Virus record (IMG/VR): IMGVR_UViG_3300014839_001411
Coordinates: 5,713-69,712 of that record
DNA from: a virus
Direction: 5' to 3' (one strand)
Length of the DNA stretch: 64,000 nt
The notes under the pieces were generated by a model. That model saw nothing but the letters and a program-made list of their open reading frames with translations, was not told the origin of the DNA and ran no database searches. Every line of letters begins with the position of its first letter. Positions within the stretch are counted from its first letter, which is position 1. This document shows positions 9,776 through 18,379 of this stretch, in pieces. A program made the position numbers and the translations under genes.

Positions 9776-10708
9776 ATGAAAACTACAAACGACATCACCT
9801 TGAGAGTGGCACTTCAGAATTACGAACGAGACCTAAAGGCGACCAACAAAGCCCCTAAAACCCTGCGCGCTTACATGGACGGCCTGAAAGAATGGGGCCT
9901 GGAAATAGGTCTTGACCGGCAGGTATCCACCCTGTCCATTACCGACGTCCAGGATCACATCATTTCTCTCAAAACTCATTCGGGTTCAAGGACCGGTTCC
10001 TTGCTATCCACCCACACCATCGCAAAACGCTATGCGGTTATTAGAACGTTCGTTCGCTGGCTACACACACACGGGTGGCTCTCTTCATTGATATTGGATG
10101 GTTACCAGGCGCCCAGAATTACAAACGAGCTTCCGGACCCCCTCAGCCCAGAAGAAATCGTGCGCTTATTCGCGGTCTTGAAAAACGGCCATACCTTCCG
10201 GGACAAAGTAATCATCGAGTTCTTTCTAGATACCGGTGTTCGCCTGGAGGAGTTGGCCGGATTGACCATGGGCAAAATCGATATGGACGAGGGTTGGGCC
10301 ACCATCATGGGCAAGGGACGCAAGGTGCGCCGCGTTCCCCTGGGCCCAATCCTGGTCCGGGATCTGTACGAGTACATTTCTGTGTACCGCAAGCCATTAC
10401 ATTCCAGTGAGGACGCAGTCTTCCTGGACGAACATGGTGAGTTGAATGGCAGCCGCATGAAGTATGAAGCAATGCGCGTCATGGTCACCAGACTTCTGGG
10501 CAGCATCCGTGCGACCGGCAAGCATGGGCCGCATACCCTGCGTCATACCTTCGCCACCATGTACCTCAGAAACGGCGGTTCCCTAGAAGGACTGCGCATT
10601 ATCATGGGGCACACGGATATCAAGGTCACTCAGCGATATATTCATCTTCTAGGATCGGATGTTCATAACGAGCATCTGCGGGTATCCCCGCTGGAGAGCT
10701 TGAGATGA
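9776..10708 (+). CDS. tyrosine recombinase/integrase (XerD-like)
   Basis: Catalytic set TGVR, GKGRK, HTLRH, MGH, RY; N-terminal SAM-like domain. Confidence 0.92.
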   Translation: MKTTNDITLRVALQNYERDLKATNKAPKTLRAYMDGLKEWGLEIGLDRQVSTLSITDVQDHIISLKTHSGSRTGSLLSTHTIAKRYAVIRTFVRWLHTHGWLSSLILDGYQAPRITNELPDPLSPEEIVRLFAVLKNGHTFRDKVIIEFFLDTGVRLEELAGLTMGKIDMDEGWATIMGKGRKVRRVPLGPILVRDLYEYISVYRKPLHSSEDAVFLDEHGELNGSRMKYEAMRVMVTRLLGSIRATGKHGPHTLRHTFATMYLRNGGSLEGLRIIMGHTDIKVTQRYIHLLGSDVHNEHLRVSPLESLR

Positions 10709-10795
10709 CATGCACAAGCGCAAGACCTTGATTTGTACTTTGTTCACCTTGCTCCGCCTGTTGAATAAGCAGGCGGAGTTTCTTTCTCTGCTCCG

Positions 10796-11749
10796 CTATT
10801 TCAGCCATCCTTCAATTTCGAGCAACGCCTTCTTGGGTTCACCCAAGATCCAATCATCAATATCCTTGTATTCCTCGGGCGGACGCTTGAGTTCTGCTCG
10901 CAACGCTTTTGCGCGTCGGACCGCGTACTGATCCATCTTGTAACGGACGTCTGGGTCGGGATCGTTGTCTGCCACAAGAATTCTTTTACTCGTCCAGATC
11001 ATGAACGGCAGCAATTCTTCACACGACAAAGCTTCTCCACCGGTGGGCGCACAAGCCAGGAAGCCGTGCTGCTCTAGAAGCATCGCGGCGATCTCGCCTT
11101 TGACGATCAGGATCGGATCGGTTTTGTAGTAAATATCGTTCAAGTGAAACAAGCCGTTGATCGAGCCTTCCAATGCGCCGTATCGATCACGGTGAGAGAT
11201 GGAGTGAATGTTGCGCATCTTGATGCCCTGAAGCCTGCCGAAATGAAAGGTTGGCATGGTCATCCAGGTTCTACCAAACATCTCTGACTGACCGACCATG
11301 TTGTTTTCCAGGGTCTTTTTGGTCAAGCCGCGCAGTTTGGCGTACTTTATCGCCTCGTCTCCAGGTGGAGTAAATACTTCCCACGCATCATTTGGAAGCA
11401 GAGGAGATTTACGAACCTTCTCCGGCGGAGACATCTTGTAACCACTGGTAAGAAGGGTCAGGGCGCGTTTGACGTGCTCCCCGTTCTGACTGTCGTAACC
11501 CGATATTTGAAGATAACCCACCAAATCGATCACGTCCCCGGATGCTCCGCAAGCGCCAAAACAATGAAAACGTTGATGTCCATCCTTGAGAGAAATGCTG
11601 AAGGACGGCGTATTGTTGTGATGAGGGTGATTGGGCATCGGACAAACGATCACCTTCTTGTTACTGGGGATGCCTAGTATTGCGAACATATCGTAGAGCT
11701 GTCTGGCATCGTGAACACGGGAGTGCCGTATGCCTTTACGGGTTACCAT
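10796..11749 (-). CDS. DNA primase (CHC2-type Zn finger + TOPRIM)
   Basis: CPMPNH...TPSF...HCFGACG, VKGEIAAM, VADND, KDIDD; start after AAGGAG. Confidence 0.85.
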   Translation of the reverse strand: MVTRKGIRHSRVHDARQLYDMFAILGIPSNKKVIVCPMPNHPHHNNTPSFSISLKDGHQRFHCFGACGASGDVIDLVGYLQISGYDSQNGEHVKRALTLLTSGYKMSPPEKVRKSPLLPNDAWEVFTPPGDEAIKYAKLRGLTKKTLENNMVGQSEMFGRTWMTMPTFHFGRLQGIKMRNIHSISHRDRYGALEGSINGLFHLNDIYYKTDPILIVKGEIAAMLLEQHGFLACAPTGGEALSCEELLPFMIWTSKRILVADNDPDPDVRYKMDQYAVRRAKALRAELKRPPEEYKDIDDWILGEPKKALLEIEGWLK

Positions 11750-11994
11750 AGCACTCCTTGCGTCAGCTTGATCTCGCCTGCTGACGGCTGACGAATGTCC
11801 TCCGTGGCCGCAAAAACCCAGTCGATGTAGGCGTATTTCTGGGCATTGATGACGGTCCATTCTTGTCGAACCCAGTCGTACGCGCGATCTTTGGATGCAA
11901 TGGCAGTCTTGAAACGAGACACGCTATCTTGAAACCCCGGCTGCACGATCTTTACCTTCAAAGTATTTTCGTTGATTGCGTGAATAGATAACAT
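11743..11994 (-). CDS. small protein, HARP-like
   Basis: RAYDWVRQEWTV resembles HARP-type motif; GGAGG RBS. Confidence 0.45.
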   Translation of the reverse strand: MLSIHAINENTLKVKIVQPGFQDSVSRFKTAIASKDRAYDWVRQEWTVINAQKYAYIDWVFAATEDIRQPSAGEIKLTQGVLW

Positions 11995-12038
11995 AGCTGC
12001 CTCCAATGACCCAAGTGCCGTGAGGCACCTGGGACTAC

Positions 12039-12701
12039 TTACAGCGAAAATGTTTGCAGCCAGTTGTTGGGAATGTTGTGAACAAGCCGATGGGGGATTG
12101 CGTCTCCCTGAACGATCTTGCAAACCGCATTACCAATATGACCAGCGGCTATGGCAGCCGTAAAAAAAGTCGCTTTCTCTGTGCAGGGAACGTCCGGAAT
12201 ATCTTCCTCATGCGTGCTCATAAGCCTGGGGCCGTAGCTGTCTGCACATCCCACGTTATTCAGCACCAGGAAATGCTGGTACTCCAAAGCACCCATTCTT
12301 GCGTCCAAATAATAGGACCAGCGGCTCGTGGAATTGCATAGCGCCAGCCAGATTTGCTGACGAGCCAGGATGCTATCCACTGCGGAAATCACGAGCGTGG
12401 CGCGCAGCGTTGCGTCCGGGCCAATGCGCTCCGGGCTGACCATCAAGCTAATATCGTCGGAGTATTCCTGAAGAGCGAAGCCGAGTGCTTCCACTTTCAG
12501 CTTTCCTACGTCGGAAACCTTGTGGAGCTGAGTGGCGATATTCTCTTCACCCACGATGTCGTCATCGAACAGAACCATGTTCTGTACACCCATCTTCGCC
12601 AGGGTCAAAGCAGTGATCGCTCCAATACCGCCGGCGCCAATGATTGCTACACTAAAGCCGGTGGGAATGTTGTAAATATTTTGGTGTCTGGTGTGATCCA
12701 T
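12039..12701 (-). CDS. ThiF/E1-like ubiquitin-like activating enzyme
   Basis: IIGAGGIG, DDDIVGEENIATQ, VISAVDS, DARMG, candidate catalytic Cys in DVPCT. Confidence 0.9.
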   Translation of the reverse strand: MDHTRHQNIYNIPTGFSVAIIGAGGIGAITALTLAKMGVQNMVLFDDDIVGEENIATQLHKVSDVGKLKVEALGFALQEYSDDISLMVSPERIGPDATLRATLVISAVDSILARQQIWLALCNSTSRWSYYLDARMGALEYQHFLVLNNVGCADSYGPRLMSTHEEDIPDVPCTEKATFFTAAIAAGHIGNAVCKIVQGDAIPHRLVHNIPNNWLQTFSL

Positions 12702-13345
12702 TACACGCCTCCAAACAGACTGTGACCGAAGAACTTGGGGCCACCAACGTTTTCTTCTTCATCATCGTCTTCAAGCCCGTCCCAGAGTTCGTCTTCTTCC
12801 AGCCAATCGCTTTCAGCATCAAACGCTTCTGATTGAAAGCGTTCCCGGCGCGGCTTCTCTTCCTTAATCTTCTCGATATTCAACGCGGCCTCGAGAGCGA
12901 AGCAGGGCTCCACGGGGATATGCACCGTTGCGCCGTTTGGTCCGTAGGTATCGTAACGACCCACCCAGCCATACGGAGTGCGTACCATTGAAATCGACCA
13001 CTTCACCATATCCGGCACACCGCCAAATGGCTTGTTCCGGCAGGTATCGTCGTCGATGCTGGACCAGTTGTCCGGACCAGGAATGCCCCTGCCGAGTGGA
13101 TGGCGATGGAACCACAGCTTCATTTGCCTGGCGTCGGGCCGCTGCATAAGGCCCAGAATTTTCCTGGACGGAATTTCAGTCAACCCCTCGGAGCCTACGT
13201 CTAAAACCACCGCGTCGTACACGTGAAAGGCTTGATGCCCCGGGTCGAGTTCAACGAACCCAAAACCCGAAAACTCCTTGCCATGAGTTTGATTGACGTA
13301 ATTCTCCAACTTGACCATAACCAGTGGATCTACAACGATTTTCAT
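12701..13345 (-). CDS. JAB/JAMM metallopeptidase
   Basis: EFSGFG...WFHRHP...WSSIDD (E-HxH-S-D); acidic tail. Confidence 0.8.
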   Translation of the reverse strand: MKIVVDPLVMVKLENYVNQTHGKEFSGFGFVELDPGHQAFHVYDAVVLDVGSEGLTEIPSRKILGLMQRPDARQMKLWFHRHPLGRGIPGPDNWSSIDDDTCRNKPFGGVPDMVKWSISMVRTPYGWVGRYDTYGPNGATVHIPVEPCFALEAALNIEKIKEEKPRRERFQSEAFDAESDWLEEDELWDGLEDDDEEENVGGPKFFGHSLFGGV

Positions 13346-14031
13346 GCTGGCTCCTTGATTTCATTTGTGTCAAAATCCAAGTTCTTGATCCCCCCGTGCA
13401 CCAACGGAGAGCTTGGGTTGTACCTGCTCAGGTACAAATACAGAAGTCGGAACAATTCCGGAATGTCCGGGATGTCCAACAACAAACGAACAGGATTTCC
13501 AAATCCGCCCCAGCAAGTACGGGGTTCTTTATCCAGCGGGTGAACCGTACTGTCCATTTCGTAGTCCACCTTATGGTGTGGGTGGCGTGCATGGGAATAC
13601 GGCTGCTTGAGTGGAATGAATTGGAAATCATCCGGACAGCAATTCGCAATTGCATCCAGGGACAAATAGACCGCGTAAGACCCCAGGTAATATTTGCGAT
13701 CACACCCATCTCCTTCGATCACAATGGGCTTGGTGACGCCCACCAGATACTTTTTCCCCTTACGGATCGTGGTGGTGAATTCCTGATACGGTAGGACCCG
13801 CAGGCGCGTCATTTCGTACTCAAGTCCAGATCGATTGTCCGAATGACCCACCCGCAATACTGACAAAATGTGCGCATGAGCAGAGGCGCGCATTTTCAAA
13901 TACTTTGCAGCGCCAGACGGGTATTCTGCTGCGTGCTGCTTTTCCTGGTGTATGAATGTCTCGTAGACCTGCCTTAGATACTCCAGGAACTCTACGGACA
14001 CGCTGGCGCGTGAAATAGTTTTGATTGCCAT
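13342..14031 (-). CDS. prokaryotic E2-like conjugating enzyme
   Basis: HPH motif followed by RTCWGG; position between Ubl and JAB. Confidence 0.65.
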   Translation of the reverse strand: MAIKTISRASVSVEFLEYLRQVYETFIHQEKQHAAEYPSGAAKYLKMRASAHAHILSVLRVGHSDNRSGLEYEMTRLRVLPYQEFTTTIRKGKKYLVGVTKPIVIEGDGCDRKYYLGSYAVYLSLDAIANCCPDDFQFIPLKQPYSHARHPHHKVDYEMDSTVHPLDKEPRTCWGGFGNPVRLLLDIPDIPELFRLLYLYLSRYNPSSPLVHGGIKNLDFDTNEIKEPA

Positions 14032-14051
14032 AAAGCCTCCAATGAGAACGA

Positions 14052-14079
14052 AAACCCAGGCGTTAGCTGCCTGGGTTTC
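14052..14079 (-). terminator. intrinsic terminator/attenuator between Ubl and E2
   Basis: GAAACCCAGGC-AGCTAAC-GCCTGGGTTTT. Confidence 0.55.
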
Positions 14080-14097
14080 TGACGTCAGAAACTACGA

Positions 14098-14433
14098 CTA
14101 TCCGCCCTTGACGTTGCCGATCAACGTCACGGTCTGCCCGCCTGAAACGAGAGCGGTCATGTCAATCGCTGCGCCATCGACGTAGCAATCAACCTTGCCG
14201 CTGTAGGTCAGGTTGGCGCGCACAATAAGTTCATTGAGCGGAGTGGGCTCGAGCACAGGAACGTACTTGGGTGAGCCGCTGGGAACCATGATCTTGACCA
14301 AGGTGGCCGGATCAATGTTGTTGTCCGAGAGGAAGTTCAAGTCCTCTTCGGGGGTGGCTTCCGGCATGGGGATGTTGGAAGGGGTCTCGGTATCATCGCT
14401 GCCGCCGAGGGTGGGATCAAACTGATCAGTCAT
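14098..14433 (-). CDS. ubiquitin-like (beta-grasp) protein with acidic N-terminal extension
   Basis: Ends GQTVTLIGNVKGG-stop; CYVDGAAID; GGAGG RBS before MTDQFD. Confidence 0.8.
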   Translation of the reverse strand: MTDQFDPTLGGSDDTETPSNIPMPEATPEEDLNFLSDNNIDPATLVKIMVPSGSPKYVPVLEPTPLNELIVRANLTYSGKVDCYVDGAAIDMTALVSGGQTVTLIGNVKGG

Positions 14434-14457
14434 TGTGTACCTCCATGGAATGTCCGC

Positions 14458-14486
14458 AGTATAAGCGGGACTGGAACAATTGTCAA
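14458..14486 (-). promoter_or_regulatory. sigma70-type promoter of the Ubl operon
   Basis: TTGACA-17 bp-TATACT. Confidence 0.75.
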
Positions 14487-14557
14487 GCAAATGGTAGACG
14501 ATTGTTCCTTTTTGAATTACAATAGAAACAGTGCCGAAAGGCATCTGGAAGGAATTT

Positions 14558-15136
14558 ATGGATACCCCCGCTGTACGACACATCAATCTTACGATTGCAG
14601 AAAGAGCCGACTTGGCCCAGCAGCAAAAGATCGAAGCCGCTGTCGCTATGTTCCTTGATCTTCAGCACGATCATACCTGGAAGGAAATAGCCCAGTCGTT
14701 GGATATGAGCCTGGCTTCGCTCAAACGTCTGAGCCAGACCACTGAATTCAACGCAACCTATCAGAACGCCTTATCAGTAGTTGGACACGACCCGCGCCTC
14801 GCCGCCATCACATCAAGCCTTGGGGACCTGCTGCCCATGGCGTACCGGCGATTGAAAACCATTTTAGGTAATCCCCAGGGAGATGACCGCGTTGCCATGC
14901 GCGCTATTGAGAAACTGTTCGAGTGGACGAAGCTGACTGAGAGCGACGCATCCGATGATCCTGCGGCTCTGACAGCTTTCTTCAAGAACAACGGAGTTCA
15001 GGTGGAAGGTAATCTCCAACTTGTCAACATCAATGTTCCGAGCGAGTACCTGGAAGCCTTTGGAAAGTTCCTCTCTCCAGGCAAAGTACCAGAAGTGATC
15101 GATCTGGTGGCCGAGCCCGCTGAACCTGCTGAATAA
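14558..15136 (+). CDS. HTH protein, possible terminase small subunit
   Basis: TWKEIAQSLDMSLASLKRL HTH, DDRVAMRAIEKLFEW oligomerisation-like helix. Confidence 0.5.
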   Translation: MDTPAVRHINLTIAERADLAQQQKIEAAVAMFLDLQHDHTWKEIAQSLDMSLASLKRLSQTTEFNATYQNALSVVGHDPRLAAITSSLGDLLPMAYRRLKTILGNPQGDDRVAMRAIEKLFEWTKLTESDASDDPAALTAFFKNNGVQVEGNLQLVNINVPSEYLEAFGKFLSPGKVPEVIDLVAEPAEPAE

Positions 15137-15137
15137 A

Positions 15138-15178
15138 CAAAAATCACCATACTTACGAATAAGTATGGTGATTTTGTT
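15138..15178. terminator. bidirectional terminator between convergent genes
   Basis: AAAATCACCATACTTA-CGAA-TAAGTATGGTGATTTT. Confidence 0.7.
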
Positions 15179-15596
15179 ATGCCAATTCGCCGCGCTGAAA
15201 GGCTTCCATCAACCCCAGAGCTTCGTTCCACAGTTGTCGGTAGCTCGGCGGATACGCCGGATCTTTCGCATCCGCGATCTCCTGGCGAAGCTCCTCGGTT
15301 GTTGCGGACACAATGGGGTGCCCTTCCCAATATACAATCAGAGTGTCGGCATTAGCTATTTCCCCAATGAATGCTTCGCCACAAAGATAGTAATACATGC
15401 CTTTGTCTTCGTCTTGGTGCTTGAACGTTTGAGACCTGGGTATAAACAACATTCGGGAGATGATCGCAACCGCAACCACCGAACATAAAATGCCTTCCCA
15501 TGTTAGATCACTGAAAATGAGCCCTATTCCCAGGGCTATCAAGATCAGAGCCGCAACTACGATTGTTTTTGTTTTGGTTTTCATGGTCAATCCCAC
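15177..15596 (-). CDS. membrane protein
   Basis: Two N-terminal hydrophobic segments. Confidence 0.55.
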   Translation of the reverse strand: MGLTMKTKTKTIVVAALILIALGIGLIFSDLTWEGILCSVVAVAIISRMLFIPRSQTFKHQDEDKGMYYYLCGEAFIGEIANADTLIVYWEGHPIVSATTEELRQEIADAKDPAYPPSYRQLWNEALGLMEAFQRGELA

Positions 15597-15970
15597 CAGA
15601 AACGGAACGAGAATTCCAGTTTGTCATTGACGATCACATCGTATTCATCGGCGCGATAAGACGCTGCAATTCTTTTTAGTGCGACTTCCATTTTTGCGTA
15701 ATCCGGTACGCCGGCGTTCAGATAGTTATTCTTATAAACATGCAGGTAAAGCACCGTGCTGTTTTCTCGCCCCACCTCATAGTAATGATGATACGCTTTA
15801 TTGGGCACAGCAGGAACGGCATCGTCGATTTCCTGGATCATACCTGGAGATGCGACAGAGTAAGACTTTCGAGAATACTCCATCGCCTCTGCTGGTCTCA
15901 GGGTTACACGCCAAGTCGTAAAGCAGTCCAAGGAAAGCAGACAATCGATAACAGAAACCGCCGTGCTCAT
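15587..15970 (-). CDS. hypothetical protein
   Basis: AAGGAG RBS, ATGA coupling. Confidence 0.6.
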   Translation of the reverse strand: MSTAVSVIDCLLSLDCFTTWRVTLRPAEAMEYSRKSYSVASPGMIQEIDDAVPAVPNKAYHHYYEVGRENSTVLYLHVYKNNYLNAGVPDYAKMEVALKRIAASYRADEYDVIVNDKLEFSFRFWWD

Positions 15971-16320
15971 GCTTCTCCTTCATACTCCGGAACGTCATCT
16001 GGAACCGCAATCGGATCTTCCTCGGTCAGCGGCAAGCCCAGTTTCATGGCGACGTCGTTCCAGTTTTGGCCGCATCCAATGAACGTGGTACCGGGATATT
16101 CAAGAGTGGCAATTCTTTGGTAGCCGCATAAACCGTGGAAGCGAGCGGCCTGCATCAGGGCGACCTTGTGCGGCTTTTCCTTTGGGGCTTCGATGGTAAT
16201 CGCGATGGAAGCCTCGCCTGTTGCCCGTTCAAGGTTCGTACCGTTGTTAAGCACGGGTTCTGGGGCAATCATCAAGAAGTGCTCGTCAATCATTACTTTG
16301 TTGTAACGAATTCTTTGCAT
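15967..16320 (-). CDS. hypothetical protein
   Basis: AGGAG RBS before MQRIRY. Confidence 0.55.
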   Translation of the reverse strand: MQRIRYNKVMIDEHFLMIAPEPVLNNGTNLERATGEASIAITIEAPKEKPHKVALMQAARFHGLCGYQRIATLEYPGTTFIGCGQNWNDVAMKLGLPLTEEDPIAVPDDVPEYEGEA

Positions 16321-16366
16321 GTTGTCTCCTGTTTCCGATGACGGAAACCATCTGATTATGAAATAG

Positions 16367-16437
16367 CAGGCCAACAAGGAATTGAACCCTGATCGCCGAG
16401 TTTGGAGCTCGGCATTCTTCCGTTGAAATACTGGCCT
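16367..16437 (-). tRNA. tRNA-Trp (CCA)
   Basis: Acceptor AGGCCAG/TTGGCCT, anticodon arm CCGAG-CTCCAAA-CTCGG, T-arm CAGGG-TTCAATT-CCTTG; 3' CCA not encoded. Confidence 0.9.
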
Positions 16438-16439
16438 AT

Positions 16440-16857
16440 AGCAGGAGCCTGCAAGTCTCACCACTGTGCCAGGTGACGGACGAGGAAGTAATCAGCGGGC
16501 TGCGTTATCACCTCAACAGGTATCCCTGTGTCTTTTGGTATCAGTCTCGAACTGAGATGGACCGCTGCTAACTCTCAACAGATTAGAGGCCGTAAGTCAC
16601 TCTTTGATCCGTTGTTCAGAACAGTGGGCAACTATTCATGCACTCCCGGTTTCAAATCCGGGTAGCAGTGGCCTTCACTATTTGCGACTTCGCCGCTGTT
16701 CCTTGATAACGAATTGGGAATGCTCCCAAAGCGTCTTCTGTCGGCTGCATGCAGTTTCTCGCCACTTGAGGGCCTACGTATGCCCACCAGGTAGGTGACA
16801 CCTGGGTAACGTGTGGGGCAGAGACACGCGTGTCTCTTTCGATCCCACTCGCCGTTT
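16440..16857 (-). ncRNA. candidate structured ncRNA
   Basis: About 420 nt with no convincing ORF, many hairpins, directly 5' of tRNA-Trp. Confidence 0.4.
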
Positions 16858-17766
16858 CTACCTTATGACTGACTGTGCTTGCGGTACTCCGTTGATCGTT
16901 GTCGTGTAATTCACGGTCACGCTCGTGATCTGAACTCCAACCACGGGAATTGCCGGAGGAACCACGGGAGGAACCACGGGAGGAACCACAGGAGGAGCCA
17001 CTGGAACTTTATTGGCTCGCGCCTGAAGGACTATGAGATATTCGTCGCTCATGCTGTTGATGTCGTTCAGGAAGTATCCCTGACTTCTTCCGTCCTGTGC
17101 GTATTGCCAGATGTCAGAGCTTGTCGTCCCAGGGAAGTTGTATTTGGGAACGATGACTGGATAATTATCAACATACATGCTCTTGAGATACCCAGCAGCC
17201 CAGTGACGATAGTCATTTAGCCATGCCGGCGGATTGCCTTGGGCGCTGTTGAGAACCGTCAGAATTTCAGCCGACGAGTAGATCATGGGCTTCATGCCGG
17301 TCACGCCTTCCACGATGTTCAACCAAACCTTGACTTGATAAGCCACGGTATCGCCAGTGGGGTAGGTGTTGTCGAATACCGACTGGGACATTCCAAAAGG
17401 CTTTTTTGGAACGATGTACTCGAAGTCCAGGATTGGTTCCATCTCAGGCAGCCACGTGCCTTTGATGATCGCCCCGGTTCCGTCGTAAACCACGTTTACC
17501 AACTCGCCAACGCTCACCATTTGCTGGAGATAGTTCTGAGCCTGGGGAGTGATGTCGTTCAAATGAAAGAAATGATATGCGCCGCGGAAAATGCCCGCAG
17601 CTTTGATTTTCGCCAGGAGAGAGACTGAGCTGTCCGTCCATTTTCCTTCACTGGCTTTCGTCACCATAAAGAATGGCGGGGGATTGGCTTTGGTCAGGTC
17701 GATTGGAAGTTCCTGACTGTATAAATCGAACCCAAGATTTTTCTTCAACTGATAAGCTGGTGCCAT
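16858..17766 (-). CDS. GH25 muramidase (endolysin) with Pro/Val-rich tail
   Basis: TKASEG, GAYHFF, ILDFEY, PMIYS, WAAGY, IWQY; C-terminal PPVV repeats. Confidence 0.88.
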   Translation of the reverse strand: MAPAYQLKKNLGFDLYSQELPIDLTKANPPPFFMVTKASEGKWTDSSVSLLAKIKAAGIFRGAYHFFHLNDITPQAQNYLQQMVSVGELVNVVYDGTGAIIKGTWLPEMEPILDFEYIVPKKPFGMSQSVFDNTYPTGDTVAYQVKVWLNIVEGVTGMKPMIYSSAEILTVLNSAQGNPPAWLNDYRHWAAGYLKSMYVDNYPVIVPKYNFPGTTSSDIWQYAQDGRSQGYFLNDINSMSDEYLIVLQARANKVPVAPPVVPPVVPPVVPPAIPVVGVQITSVTVNYTTTINGVPQAQSVIR

Positions 17767-17988
17767 ATTTCTCCTATAAGGTGAGTAACTGGGTACGCAC
17801 TATTGCAGCGAGTACCCAGTTACCGGCTGGAGCCGTTCTTCGCGGCCCGTTACTCCACCGCCTACCGTGGATCTCCTTCAGCTCGGCACTTCCCGACTAC
17901 GGGTTTTACGTCTGAAGGATGTGCGGCTCGCCCAGCACCCGGACCAAGTCTCGTAAGACTGCGTCACTTGGCGGCGATCATTCCGCAT

Positions 17989-18124
17989 TGGGGGATTGGC
18001 AGGGCTCGAACCTGCGCATCAGAGTGTCAAGTTCTGATTGGTGTAGCTCAAAGAGTTTGACTTTTCTCCTTGCCCACTCGCTCCGGCGTGATACACCGGC
18101 GTTCTTCCGCTGAACTACAATCCC
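17989..18124 (-). tRNA. tRNA-like gene (Asp-like, ATC anticodon) with 67-nt variable region
   Basis: GGGATTG/CAATCCC acceptor, GTTC/GAAC D-stem, CCGGT-GTATCAC-GCCGG, GCAGG-TTCGAGC-CCTGC. Confidence 0.7.
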
Positions 18125-18128
18125 ATAC

Positions 18129-18356
18129 TTAATTCAGTTTCGATAATCGAGCCAGGGCCCTCGCCATTTTCTCCGCTCGCATGGCGATCACTCTCAAGGC
18201 ATGAAGATTGGCCGAGATTTTGTCGGACGCCAGGTTCTCGGAAATTACCCTTTGTTCATCTGGAGAGAATTTCAATCTTTCCATCTCACCGTCGCCAACC
18301 GTCAACGTAATTATTGTTTGGAAATTGTCTTGATCGCGTGATTTGATGAGCTTCAT
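18129..18356 (-). CDS. hypothetical protein
   Basis: AAAGG RBS. Confidence 0.5.
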   Translation of the reverse strand: MKLIKSRDQDNFQTIITLTVGDGEMERLKFSPDEQRVISENLASDKISANLHALRVIAMRAEKMARALARLSKLN

Positions 18357-18379
18357 AATGCCTTTCTGATGTCGGAAAG

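Noticed and set aside
9693-10800. attP site beside the recombinase
   Set aside because: No intergenic space or recognisable core repeat; cannot be identified without the host sequence
12039-12701. ThiF as a thiamine or molybdopterin biosynthesis gene
   Set aside because: No ThiG, MoaE or similar genes; neighbours are JAB, E2-like and Ubl
16367-16437. Suppressor tRNA or alternative genetic code
   Set aside because: Anticodon is CCA (Trp), and genes end normally at TAA, TAG and TGA with dense coding
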